From Octopus sinensis (Eukaryota), in the NCBI RefSeq assembly GCF_006345805.1, contig NC_043001.1:101556001-101620000 (forward strand): a DNA stretch of 64,000 nucleotides, read 5' to 3'. The translations under genes were made by a program, and so were the position numbers. This document shows, piece by piece, positions 63,950-64,000 of this stretch (its first letter is position 1; each line of letters begins with the position of its first letter). The notes under the pieces were generated by a model, which was given only the letters and a program-made list of their open reading frames with translations, was not told where the DNA came from and made no database searches.

Positions 63950-64000
63950 CAGACAGACGGACAGGACATTGACACATACATTCAGAAAGATAAATACATA

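Overview
AT-rich, microsatellite-dense eukaryotic DNA. The repeat content resembles a coleoid cephalopod, probably Octopus (inference; no search was possible). I could not identify any intact host gene. Nearly all ORFs in the track are translations of (TA)n, (TG)n, (TATG)n, (CAT)n, (TAA)n or (CTT)n tracts. Recognisable coding remnants are all transposon-derived: R4/Dong-type restriction-like-endonuclease LINE 3' ends within (TAA)n, RTE LINE RT fragments and many RTE 3' ends, four clear Penelope-like (PLE) GIY-YIG/linker remnants plus a weaker fifth, and two Tc1/mariner remnants. At least three tRNA-type SINE families are also present. The most interesting signal is a set of about a dozen minimal type I hammerhead ribozyme (HHR) motifs or fragments on both strands, typically CUGANGA...GAAAC-palindrome-GUH. 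One lies in a 356-nt partial-tandem unit capped by a perfect 134-bp fold-back (12331-12915), resembling a non-autonomous retrozyme or PLE pseudo-LTR. Four inverted repeats are each tied to an HHR-bearing sequence, and in all four the inverted arm lies on the 5' side of the ribozyme strand. A 1.5-kb tandem duplication between two of these palindromes may be real or an assembly artefact.
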